Source: Acidobacteriota bacterium
GTDB lineage: Bacteria > Acidobacteriota > UBA890
Reading direction: 5' to 3'
NCBI GenBank assembly: GCA_036398215.1
Contig: DASWHK010000225.1
Coordinates: forward strand, 1 to 61,338
DNA: 61,338 nucleotides
Positions 16,699 through 24,825 of the stretch are shown here, piece after piece. The notes under the pieces were generated by a model. The model saw only the letters and a list, made by a program, of their open reading frames with translations, was not told where the DNA came from and ran no database searches. The position numbers were made by a program, and so were the translations under genes. Within the stretch, counting starts at the first letter, position 1; the number at the start of each line of letters is the position of its first letter.

Positions 16699-19629
16699 CT
16701 ATCCCCGGCGCAGGGTCTCCGCCGGGTGGATATGGGTCGCCTGCCGGCCCGGAAGCCACGCGGCGAGGAGGGCGACGACCAGCAGCATCGCGGCCGCCCC
16801 GGCGAATGCGATGGGGTCGGCGGGATCGACCTCGTACAGGAGCGCCGTCAAATAGCGAGTCAACGCGGCAGCCATCACCATGCCGGCGACGATCCCCAGC
16901 GCGGCGCTCACCAGGCCGTCGCGAACGAGGAGGCCGACCATCTGCGCGTTTCGGGCTCCCAGCGCCAGGCGGATGCCGAGCTCGCGCCGCCGCTGCACGA
17001 CGTCGTAGCTGACCACGCCCCAGATCCCGGTGACGGCGAGCACCACGGCCATCCCGGCGAACACGGCGAGAAGCTGCATGACCACGCGCGTGGTGCTGAC
17101 CTGGGCGGCGGCGATATCCGCGCCGGTCGTTGCGTCGTAGATCGGGACCTCGGGGTCGAGCATCGCCATCGCCGCGCGAACCTCGGGAAGTACCTGAAGC
17201 GGCTCGCCGCGGGTGCGAACGAGGACCTCGATGTCGGCCTCGGGCGCCTGCGGCTGGTAGAAGTAGGCCTCCGGCATGAAGCCCTGATCGGGCGGGTTGT
17301 ACAGCACGTCGGCGACGACGCCGATCACCTCGGCCGAGACGTCGCCGCTGGTGGGCCCGTACCTGACGGCGAACGGCTGGCCGACGGGGTCGGCGTCGCC
17401 AAAGAAACGCCGCGCCGCCGTCTCGTTGATGACGATCGCCGGCGGGGCGCCCGACCGATCGGTCGCGGCGAAGGTCCGGCCGCGCAACAACGGCATCCCC
17501 ACGGCCTCGAAGTAGCCGTCGGTCACGCTCTGCACGCCGATGGTGGGCGCGGCGTCGGGTTCCCACGTGGTTTCGCCGGCGCGGATCATCATCGTGATGG
17601 ACCAGTGGCGCCGCAGCGGAACCACGCCGCCGCCAGCGGCGGCGACCTGCGGGAGCCCCCGAAGACGGTTCAGGAACGTCTCGTGAAACGCCGCGGGGTT
17701 CTCTGCGTGAACGCTGTCGCGCGGCAGGGAATAGGTGAAGGCGAGCAGACGCTCGGGGTCGAAGCCGGTCTCGACGTCGAGAAGCCGGCCGAGGCTCGAC
17801 AGCAACAGGCCGGCGCCGACCAGCAGGACCAGGGCGACGGCGATCTCCGCAGCCACCAGCGCGCCTCGCCCGCCGATCGTCCAGCCGCGTCTTCGCCGGG
17901 CACCGCCGCCCTGTTTCATGGCGGCGCCGAGGTCGGCGCCGGAGAGGCGCAGGGCGGGGACGGCGCCGAAGAGGGCGCCGGTGAGCAGGGCGAGCCCGAG
18001 CGTGTAGGCGAGCGCCGAGGCATCGAAGGAGAAGCCGGCGGCGTCGACGAAGGCGAGGTTCCAGCTTCCGTCGGCGAAGCCCGCCGGCCAGATCGCGCCG
18101 AGGGCGCGAACCGCGAGCGCCGCGACGCCGATCCCCAGAATACCGCCGCCGCTGGCGAGCAGCAGCGTCTCGGCGAGCAGACCTCGAGCCAGCCGCGCGC
18201 GAGAGGCCCCCAGCGCCAGGCGCACCGCGATCTCGCGACGGCGATCGGCGCCGCGGGCGAGCATCAGCGCCGCCAGGTTGGTGCAGGCGATCAGCAGTAC
18301 CAGACCGGAAGCCGTCGCCACGATCAGCACCGCCCGCTGCGCGCGGGGATTGCGCCGCGCCTCGGCGATCGAGCGGGCCTTGCCGGTGATGCGGCTCGCC
18401 GGGTCGGCCCACGGAAATGCCTCGTCGACGCTGCGGGCCACGGCCGCCATCCGCTCGTCGATCTCCGCCGGCGATGCGTCGGCGCGCAGGCGCGCGATCG
18501 CCTGCATCCAGTGGGCCTGCGCGCCGCGGAGCATGACCGGGGAGAACAGCGCCGGCGCCGAGCGCACCGGCACCCAGAGGCGGGCGCGGCCGCTGAGACC
18601 GGCGAAGCCCGCCGGGGCAACGCCCACGACCGTCATCGTCTGGCCGTTGAGCACCAGCTCCTGGCCGATCGCGCCGGGGTTGGCGCCGAGGCGCTCCTGC
18701 CAGAGGCCGCGCGAGATGATGACCTCCCGCGAAGCCGCCTCGTCGTCACTCACCGACAGGGTGCGTCCGTGCGCCGGATCGACGCCAAGCACCGCGAAGT
18801 AGCCGGGGGTCACGACCTCGGCGTCGAGGCGGGCGGCGTCGCCGCGGCCGGTCAACGTCACCGTGCGCGTCGCATAGCCGGCCAGCGACGCCACCGGCAG
18901 CTCCTCGGCCGCGGCCAGGATCTCGTACTTGGGCCACGACCAGGGAATCGCTCGCGGCGATCCCGGCTGGTCGTCTTCGACGACGGCGAGGTCGAGGATC
19001 ACCAGCCGGTCGGGGTCGGGGTAGGGCAGCGGCGCGAGCAAGGCGGCCTCGATCGCCGTGAAGATGGCGCCGTTGATGCCGACGCCGAGCGCCAGCACCA
19101 GCAGCGCGGTGATCGTGAACACCGGCGAGCGCGCCAGAGTCCGGAAAGCAAAGCGGAGGTCGGTTCCTATTTGGTTCCGGAACAGCTCACGGCTCCTGTG
19201 GGCCCAGCGGCCGGCGGGCGTTTCGGGCGGCGGCGCGCCGACACCGCCGCTCCGCCAGCGCTCGCGGGCGCCGCGCGCCAGCGCGTCCCACGCGGCTCGC
19301 CGGGCATATCGAGAGGCGCGCCGGCGGCCCTCGTTGCGAAACGCGGCGTGCGCCGCCGCGAAGGTAGCGATCATCTCCGGCCCATAGGTCTCGCGGATCT
19401 CCTTGGGAAAGGCCCACACCGCCCAGGCATACAGCCGCACCGGGAGGGAAGCATCGCGCGGCGTCTTCACCTTCCGAGTCTCCCGCCGGCCGTCACACTC
19501 AGGGGATCGTCGCTGGTGCACATCGAGAATCGCGCAGAAATACGCGAGGACGTGGCTGGACGTCGAGCAGACAACGAATGGCATAAGACATGCCGGCACG
19601 CAGCGCCGCAGCGCGGCGGCGAAGGGCAC
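16699..19629 (-). CDS. ADOP-family duplicated FtsX/MacB-type permease (second copy)
   Basis: ORF 16699..19629; FAFRTLARSPVFTITALLVLALGVGINGAIF and C-terminal YEVDPADPIAFAGAAAMLLVVALLAAWLPGRQATHIHPAETLRRG. The true start may be GTG 19470 (VKTPRDASLPVRLYAWAVWAFPKEIRETYGPEM), which better matches the N-terminus of the first copy. Confidence 0.85.
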   Translation of the reverse strand: MPFAAALRRCVPACLMPFVVCSTSSHVLAYFCAILDVHQRRSPECDGRRETRKVKTPRDASLPVRLYAWAVWAFPKEIRETYGPEMIATFAAAHAAFRNEGRRRASRYARRAAWDALARGARERWRSGGVGAPPPETPAGRWAHRSRELFRNQIGTDLRFAFRTLARSPVFTITALLVLALGVGINGAIFTAIEAALLAPLPYPDPDRLVILDLAVVEDDQPGSPRAIPWSWPKYEILAAAEELPVASLAGYATRTVTLTGRGDAARLDAEVVTPGYFAVLGVDPAHGRTLSVSDDEAASREVIISRGLWQERLGANPGAIGQELVLNGQTMTVVGVAPAGFAGLSGRARLWVPVRSAPALFSPVMLRGAQAHWMQAIARLRADASPAEIDERMAAVARSVDEAFPWADPASRITGKARSIAEARRNPRAQRAVLIVATASGLVLLIACTNLAALMLARGADRRREIAVRLALGASRARLARGLLAETLLLASGGGILGIGVAALAVRALGAIWPAGFADGSWNLAFVDAAGFSFDASALAYTLGLALLTGALFGAVPALRLSGADLGAAMKQGGGARRRRGWTIGGRGALVAAEIAVALVLLVGAGLLLSSLGRLLDVETGFDPERLLAFTYSLPRDSVHAENPAAFHETFLNRLRGLPQVAAAGGGVVPLRRHWSITMMIRAGETTWEPDAAPTIGVQSVTDGYFEAVGMPLLRGRTFAATDRSGAPPAIVINETAARRFFGDADPVGQPFAVRYGPTSGDVSAEVIGVVADVLYNPPDQGFMPEAYFYQPQAPEADIEVLVRTRGEPLQVLPEVRAAMAMLDPEVPIYDATTGADIAAAQVSTTRVVMQLLAVFAGMAVVLAVTGIWGVVSYDVVQRRRELGIRLALGARNAQMVGLLVRDGLVSAALGIVAGMVMAAALTRYLTALLYEVDPADPIAFAGAAAMLLVVALLAAWLPGRQATHIHPAETLRRG

Positions 19630-19648
19630 GCCGGAAGCGGAACGAGCA

Positions 19649-20005
19649 TCATCGCGTGCCCGGGGCCAGCCGCTGGCTCCGCGCCACGTCGAGCAGCCGG
19701 CCGAGGCGCTCGGACTCGGCCACCGCCACGCGGCGGCCGAAGTCGGTCACCCGGTAGTAGCGGCGGCGCCGGTCGGAGCTCTCGTCCGGCGGCTCGGCCA
19801 GCTCGGCGATCAGGCCGGCCTCGACCATGCGGGCGATCGTCGCGTACAGCGTCCCCGGCAGCAGCGCGTCCTCGCCGCCGGTCTTGTCGTTGAAGGCCTG
19901 CATGATCGCGTAGCCGTGCATCGCCTCGTCGCCCAGGGCCAGCAGCACGTGGTAGACGGGAGGGCTCAGCGGCAGCAGCTCGCGGGGATCGGATGGCGTC
20001 GTCAT
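19649..20005 (-). CDS. PadR-family transcriptional regulator (second copy)
   Basis: ORF 19649..20005; LSPPVYHVLLALGDEAMHGYAIMQAFNDKTGGEDALLPGTLYATIARMVEAGLI. Confidence 0.9.
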   Translation of the reverse strand: MTTPSDPRELLPLSPPVYHVLLALGDEAMHGYAIMQAFNDKTGGEDALLPGTLYATIARMVEAGLIAELAEPPDESSDRRRRYYRVTDFGRRVAVAESERLGRLLDVARSQRLAPGTR

Positions 20006-20038
20006 CGGCTACCTTTGGCGCGGAATCTCATGTAGTCA

Positions 20039-20067
20039 ACTATAATGTATCACATTATATTTGGCAA
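20039..20067 (-). promoter_or_regulatory. candidate promoter (TTGCCA-17 nt-TATAAG on minus strand) whose spacer is a perfect 19-bp palindrome TATAATGT-atc-ACATTATA
   Basis: Palindrome at 20041..20059. The -35 complement is at 20062..20067 and the -10 complement at 20039..20044. Lies 34-62 nt upstream of the second PadR start (20005). Operator role is inferred. Confidence 0.45.
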
Positions 20068-20108
20068 CATTCCGATTGGCCAGTTGACGTAGAACGACGG
20101 AGTCCGCC

Positions 20109-20270
20109 TTATCTCCTGGGACGTCGCCGGACGTGATCACGGAGGCTGGCGAAATAGGCTTCGTCGGCAGGTGCCGAGGGAGGGGATGCAGCGCCCTCCT
20201 GCAAGAGGCCACGAAGGCGCAGCCGGTCTTGCTCTTTGCGCATCACTTCACGGACGTACTCGCTGCTCAT
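20109..20270 (-). pseudogene. ParD-family antitoxin remnant (C-terminal two thirds only, 53 codons)
   Basis: Too short for the ORF track; translated by hand as MSSEYVREVMRKEQDRLRLRGLLQEGAASPPSAPADEAYFASLRDHVRRRPRR. The S(D/E)YVR(D/E)hhRxxQ(D/E)R...L..L..EG core matches ParD antitoxins, but the N-terminal RHH strand is absent. Its ATG shares one base with the brnA stop (TGATG). No parE follows. Confidence 0.4.
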
Positions 20271-20497
20271 CAGCCGCCTGCTGCCTCCAGGTGGCGTGCG
20301 ATCAGCATCTTGATCAGCGATTGCCGCGGGACGCCGAGCCGGGTGGCTTCCCTGTCGAGCTTCTGGATCATCCAGACGGGAAAGTCGACGTTGACCCGCT
20401 TCTGCTCCAGCCCCGGCCGGCGGGCTTTCGACAAGTCGAGGTGCTCGGTGATGTTCTCGCCAGCGTCGAACTTCTTGTCGAGCTGTTTAGCTTTCAT
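20270..20497 (-). CDS. brnA: BrnA antitoxin (RHH/CopG-like)
   Basis: ORF 20270..20497; KRVNVDFPVWMIQKLDREATRLGVPRQSLIKMLIARHLE. Overlaps the brnT stop. Confidence 0.85.
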   Translation of the reverse strand: MKAKQLDKKFDAGENITEHLDLSKARRPGLEQKRVNVDFPVWMIQKLDREATRLGVPRQSLIKMLIARHLEAAGG

Positions 20498-20747
20498 AGA
20501 TCTCGACCTCTTCCTCGCGTGACCTTCGGACGGAGATCAAGCGAATCTTGTCGCTTCGGTACGTGATGATCGCCGACCAATGCTTGTCGGCCAACTTCCC
20601 GACCACCAAGAAACGCGGCTCATCTTCTGTTCGCGCCGGAACCTCGACCAAGTGGGGATCTCGCCATAGCGCGAGGGCATCATCGAAGCTGATCCCATGT
20701 TTTCGCAGATTGGCATTGCTTTTCGCCGGATCGAACTCGAATTCCAT
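20487..20747 (-). CDS. brnT: BrnT toxin (DUF497 ribonuclease)
   Basis: ORF 20487..20747; MEFEFDPAKSNANLRKHGISFDDALALW...RLISVRRSREEE is the canonical BrnT pattern. Confidence 0.9.
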   Translation of the reverse strand: MEFEFDPAKSNANLRKHGISFDDALALWRDPHLVEVPARTEDEPRFLVVGKLADKHWSAIITYRSDKIRLISVRRSREEEVEIYES

Positions 20748-20748
20748 A

Positions 20749-20765
20749 GGTATAGTAAGTATACC
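20749..20765 (-). promoter_or_regulatory. inverted repeat GGTATA-N5-TATACC abutting the brnT start codon; possible BrnA operator
   Basis: Read directly. AT-rich patch 1 nt upstream of ATG 20747. Role is inferred. Confidence 0.3.
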
Positions 20766-20808
20766 TCCCGTATATCATCAGAGGGAAGATTCCCAAGCCG
20801 CGTCGTGC

Positions 20809-21633
20809 CTACCTGCCGCCGCGCATCGCCGCGTCATAGCGCATGCGCAGCGTCCGGACCGGGTTGGCGTCCTCGGAGGGCTGGATGTCCTGGTCGGTGA
20901 CGCTGATGTAGAACGCGTAGGTGCCGTCGTTGTGCGACTCGCCGATCGGGTCGTCCCGCTCGGCGCGCAGGATGTAGGCGACGTGGGCGGTCTTGGCGGT
21001 GCAGGGGGCGTCGACCTCGGGGTTGCGCGGGTTGTCGCAGGAGCAGCGCGAGTCGCCGCCCTCCCGATCCGCGGCTTCCATGGCGGCCATCACCCGATCG
21101 GTCAGGCTGCCGCCCGCCTCGCGGAACGCCGCCGCGGCCTCGTGCACCACGGCCGGGCTCTCGAGGATGTTGCCCTGCACCGAGTAGAGGATCGACGGCT
21201 CGCTCCGGAGCTGGCCGCCCTCGTGCAGCGAGTGCTCGCCGTTGCGCGCCCCCGAGTGCCGCGCCATGCGCCCCTGCAGGTCTAGGATGGCGAACTGGCG
21301 CGACTCGAAACGCTCGTCGGCCCGCAGCATCTCGAGGATCTCCGCCGGCGGCGTGCCCTTTTGCAGCTCCCGGTAGATCAGCATCTGGTTCTCGCGCGTC
21401 CGATCGACGCCGGCCTGCGCCGCCGCCACGCCGACGCCCGGCACGACGATCGCCTGGATTCCCATGAGCCCGTTGGGCCCGCCCATTCTTTGCAGCCCGG
21501 CGCCGCTCACACACGTCGCCGAGGCGATCACGACCGTGCCCGTGCGCTGGTCGACCGCGATCACCGACCAGGTCGCGAAGGCTGGGCTGGCGACGAGCAG
21601 ACAGAAACTGGCAATCAGGATCCGGCGAATCAT
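20809..21633 (-). CDS. DUF1028 family (Ntn-hydrolase fold) protein, secreted
   Basis: ORF 20809..21684 trimmed to ATG 21633 behind AAGGAG. Signal peptide MIRRILIASFCLLVASPAFA, then TWSVIAVD (N-terminal Thr nucleophile context typical of DUF1028). Confidence 0.8.
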   Translation of the reverse strand: MIRRILIASFCLLVASPAFATWSVIAVDQRTGTVVIASATCVSGAGLQRMGGPNGLMGIQAIVVPGVGVAAAQAGVDRTRENQMLIYRELQKGTPPAEILEMLRADERFESRQFAILDLQGRMARHSGARNGEHSLHEGGQLRSEPSILYSVQGNILESPAVVHEAAAAFREAGGSLTDRVMAAMEAADREGGDSRCSCDNPRNPEVDAPCTAKTAHVAYILRAERDDPIGESHNDGTYAFYISVTDQDIQPSEDANPVRTLRMRYDAAMRGGR

Positions 21634-21810
21634 CGGCAATCTCCTTCGCTGGTGCCGGTCGCGGGGCGCGAACACGGCGGTCATTCAGGAGGCGTCGTCA
21701 GGGGGAAGAATGGCATACACGTGGCGCGGAAAAGGGCTTGTGCCCCACCGACGCCTCCGCGTCGAGCAGATCGAGCAGCGTGCGCGGGCCTGCAAGAACG
21801 CCGGCTCCTT

Positions 21811-23316
21811 CTAGAAGCCGCCGCCGCCGGGCCCGCCGCCGGGGCCGCCGCCGCCAAACCCCCCGAACCCGTCGCGGTTGCTCGTGAAACGCGGGTTGAC
21901 GATGTTGTTGAAGATCGAACCGAACTGGTAGGTGATCCCGTAGTTGATCTGGTAGGTCGAGTTCGTGGCCAGCGCCGCCTGGCGCAGCAGGATCTCCTCG
22001 TTGGTCTGCTCCTCGACGGCAAGGAACCGCTGGTTGCGGACCGCGGCCCAGTTGCCGCGCACGTTGAAGCTCAGGCCGCGGGTGATGCGGAAGTCGATGC
22101 GACCGTTGAGCTGAGCGCTCCACTGGTCCCAGTGGTTCAGAAACTGGACCAGCTCGACGCCCGCCTCGAACTCCCCCCAGGGTTGCACCGCGTCCATGTT
22201 CACCAGCAGCGCGTGGTCGAGGAGCGTCTCCGCGGTCTTCTCGAAGATGGTTTCTTCAAAGTACCGATCGTGCCCCACCCCGATCTCGTAGGTGAACGTG
22301 AAGATCCGGCGCGACGACTCGCCGTACGGGAATACGTTGTACTCGATCCCCGGAGCGCCGACGATCACCAGCTCGTGATTGGTGAACGACGCCTGCCACG
22401 CCGCCCCTTTCACCGACAGACCCCAGTGTTCGCCCAGGCTCTTGACCGTCTGGTGCGTGAACGAGTAGCTGCGGGTGGTCCCGATCGACTCGGTTCCGTC
22501 GTTGAGGATGAACTTGCGTTCGTCGTGGCGGAAGTTGGCGTTGAAGCGGATCTTCCAATCCTCGGTCGTGCGGTTCGCTGAGCCCATGAGGCGAATGTTG
22601 TAGTTCGAGCGCCGGTCTTCGCCGCCGACCTGACCGTTCACATTGATGCGGAAGACCCAGAAGTTCCACGGGTCGTCGTCGGGGTCGACCACGAGGAACC
22701 GCTGCTCGACCTGCTGGACCTGCTCGCGGATGTCGAGCTGATGGATGAGCGGCGTCTTGGCGAGGTAGTGCACGACGCCGGCGCGGATCATCTGGGCGAT
22801 GCCCTCGCGCCGCTCGTCCTCCGTGTTCGTGTTGCTCGACATCCAGACCAGGCGGATATCGTCGCCCTCGAACTCGCGTAAGCCGATGAAGTCGAAGGTG
22901 AACTCCTGGCCGCCCCCGGCAAACTGGCTGGTGACCAGGACGTGGATCTGCGCGTCCTGGCGATCCCGCACGTAGTTGACGAAGGTGATCTCACGCCGCA
23001 GGTAGTCTTGGTCGCAGGTGCGCCCTTGGCAGTCGAGAAAAACGAGCAGCCCGGACGGCGCCTCTTCCTGCTCGGCCTCCTCCTGCGCCTGGCTCGAAAA
23101 GTCGAAGCCGCGCGCCGTGCCGGGCGCCGCGGTCGGCAAGCCCAGCGGCCGCGTGATGCCGTTCTGCTGCGCGAGAGACGCGGACGCCGCGGTCAGCTTG
23201 GCCTCCTGCGCCAACGCCGGAGGGGCATGCGCGGGCCCGGCACCCTGCGCGACCGCCTCGGCCGGGACGAGGCCCGGGGCGCACAACGCCACCAGGAAGA
23301 CGGCGAGCGATCTCAT
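21811..23316 (-). CDS. hypothetical secreted / outer-membrane protein with glycine-rich C-terminal tail
   Basis: ORF 21811..23316. Signal peptide MRSLAVFLVALCAPGLVPAEAVAQ, then an acidic linker. C-terminal half has amphipathic beta-strand periodicity. Ends GFGGFGGGGPGGGPGGGGF. No family recognised. Confidence 0.6.
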   Translation of the reverse strand: MRSLAVFLVALCAPGLVPAEAVAQGAGPAHAPPALAQEAKLTAASASLAQQNGITRPLGLPTAAPGTARGFDFSSQAQEEAEQEEAPSGLLVFLDCQGRTCDQDYLRREITFVNYVRDRQDAQIHVLVTSQFAGGGQEFTFDFIGLREFEGDDIRLVWMSSNTNTEDERREGIAQMIRAGVVHYLAKTPLIHQLDIREQVQQVEQRFLVVDPDDDPWNFWVFRINVNGQVGGEDRRSNYNIRLMGSANRTTEDWKIRFNANFRHDERKFILNDGTESIGTTRSYSFTHQTVKSLGEHWGLSVKGAAWQASFTNHELVIVGAPGIEYNVFPYGESSRRIFTFTYEIGVGHDRYFEETIFEKTAETLLDHALLVNMDAVQPWGEFEAGVELVQFLNHWDQWSAQLNGRIDFRITRGLSFNVRGNWAAVRNQRFLAVEEQTNEEILLRQAALATNSTYQINYGITYQFGSIFNNIVNPRFTSNRDGFGGFGGGGPGGGPGGGGF

Positions 23317-23477
23317 TGAGCAATCCCCCGGTTCCGTGGGGAGGGAGGGTCAGCAGCCTTCGAACAGTGGGAACCTACACGATGGGGAAAGGCTCGCCGC
23401 CCGGCAGTCTCTCACAGGGAGGGCCGTTCGACAAACCCCGGAAGAACGCCTGTCAGCCGTCTTCGCAAGACGCGATG

Positions 23478-23505
23478 CTTGACTACCTTGACTTGACTAC
23501 CTTGA
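23478..23505 (+). repeat. exact tandem duplication of CTTGACTACCTTGA (four TTGAC boxes)
   Basis: Read directly; ends 20 nt upstream of the Xre-type antitoxin start (23525). Candidate promoter/operator. Confidence 0.6.
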
Positions 23506-23524
23506 CTTCGATAGCCTAGGGCTC

Positions 23525-24094
23525 ATGATCTCCCGCGCAACTGCCGACGAGAACCGGTACTCCGACTTTGTCGAACGGGCCACGACGGCGTTTCGTAGGC
23601 GAATCGTCGAGCTGGTCGAATCCTCGAGCCTGCCGGAGGAAACCCCCGAGGAGCTGGGCGAGCGGGCCGGCTTGGCGGCCGCCGCGGCATCCGTCTGGTC
23701 GGAGCACGTAGGGCCGTTTGTCGATACCCACGGTGTGATGACGTTGCTTGGCGGCGTCAGCAAGCAAGCCGTATCCCAGCGTGTTCGTGGCGGACGACTG
23801 CTGGCGCTGCGCACCGAATCCGGACGGCTGGTCTACCCACTGTGGCAGTTTCGCGACGGCAAGACTCTTGCCGGGCTCGCTGAGGTGCTCGACGCCGCCG
23901 GTTACGATCCGGAGCGGCCGGCAAACGGCTGGACCCTGGCCTCGTGGCTATGCACGGAGGACGCCGAGCTTGGCGGGGCGCCGCGATCCCGGCTGGCCAT
24001 CGGTCGGACCGATGAGGTACTGCGAGCGGCACGCGATGTGCGCGCCGAGCTCGGCACCGACGAAACGGCGGCGCTCGCCGCGGGGGCAGCCTGA
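23525..24094 (+). CDS. Xre/MbcA/ParS-type antitoxin (DUF2384 C-terminal domain) of a RES toxin
   Basis: ORF 23525..24094. C-terminal WLCTEDAELGGAPRSRLAIGRTDEVLRAARDV fits the RES-toxin-binding DUF2384 motif. An HTH-like segment LLGGVSKQAVSQRVRGGRLLAL. A RES gene follows. Confidence 0.75.
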   Translation: MISRATADENRYSDFVERATTAFRRRIVELVESSSLPEETPEELGERAGLAAAAASVWSEHVGPFVDTHGVMTLLGGVSKQAVSQRVRGGRLLALRTESGRLVYPLWQFRDGKTLAGLAEVLDAAGYDPERPANGWTLASWLCTEDAELGGAPRSRLAIGRTDEVLRAARDVRAELGTDETAALAAGAA

Positions 24095-24735
24095 GCAGGT
24101 CGGGGCTCGCCTGGCCGCCCGAGGATCCGGCGGCGCTCGCCGGCTTTCCACGGACGCGGCGGCTCCCCGACGTTCTCCATCGACTCTCGGAGCACCCCGC
24201 GGCGTGGTGGTTTGCAGCGCGCTCGAACGAGGGCGGGGGGCGCTTCGACCTGCCCGCGCCCGAGGGAACCTGTTATCTGGCGGACGACCTGGATACGGCG
24301 CTGGGAGAGAAGCTCCTGCGACGACCGAAGAAGATCGTGCCCGCACAACGCCTGCGCGAGTTGTTTCATGCACGCATCGCGGTGATCCGCCCGCCCGCCC
24401 TGGCCGACCTGACGTCTAGGAAGGCCACCGGCTGGGGCATCAACGCCGAGATCCATGTCAGCCTCGACCACGCCAAGCCGCGAGCGTGGGCGCACCGACT
24501 AAGGGCAATAGGCGCCCGCGGCTTGCGATACGCCTCCCGCAGCGATCCCGCACTCGCCGGGCGGGCCGTGGCCCTGTTCGGCGCCGCCGGTTTGCACACG
24601 CGGGCGCCGGCCGGGATGCGCACGCGTGTCTCGAGCCTTGACGAAGGCGAGGCGCGCAGGCTGCTGGAGGCTCGGGATGTACTGGTCGTTCCGATACCAT
24701 TCGACGTTCCGACCATCGCGCCACCCAGGCCTTGA
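24091..24735 (+). CDS. RES-domain toxin (NAD+-targeting family); no canonical start codon, CTG at 24091 proposed
   Basis: The frame of listed ORF 24337..24735 is open back to 24016. Hand translation gives LSRSGLAWPPEDPAALAGFPRTRRLPDVLHRLSEHPAAWWFAARSNEGGGRFDLPAPEGTCYLADDLDTALGEKLL...LRYASRSDP. The R (GGRF), E (LGE) and S (YASRS) signature residues are all present. The first ATG/GTG/TTG in frame is only at 24337. Confidence 0.7.
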   Translation: MSRSGLAWPPEDPAALAGFPRTRRLPDVLHRLSEHPAAWWFAARSNEGGGRFDLPAPEGTCYLADDLDTALGEKLLRRPKKIVPAQRLRELFHARIAVIRPPALADLTSRKATGWGINAEIHVSLDHAKPRAWAHRLRAIGARGLRYASRSDPALAGRAVALFGAAGLHTRAPAGMRTRVSSLDEGEARRLLEARDVLVVPIPFDVPTIAPPRP

Positions 24736-24825
24736 CCGGAAGCGACCGCGTGCGAATCATCAGCGCTGCGCGCGGAACCGCCGAAGCCCGAGGAGGAGCA
24801 TGGGTTCCCGCGGGGAAAGAAAAGG

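Noticed and set aside
16675-19893. 1072-aa plus-strand ORF across the second ADOP permease and PadR
   Set aside because: It is antisense to two genes with clear family motifs, and its sequence is Arg/Gly/Ala-rich low-complexity. The same reasoning applies to these ORFs: 13173..15047(+), 29687..31579(+), 32150..34243(+), 34216..35961(-), 36097..37317(-), 37473..38813(-), 42422..44452(-), 45871..47784(+), 47803..49488(+), 51886..53367(-), 55411..57024(-).
23748-24419. 223-aa plus-strand ORF bridging the Xre antitoxin and the RES toxin
   Set aside because: It is in a third frame relative to both motif-bearing genes, and its sequence is Arg/Pro/Gly/Ala-rich with no motif.
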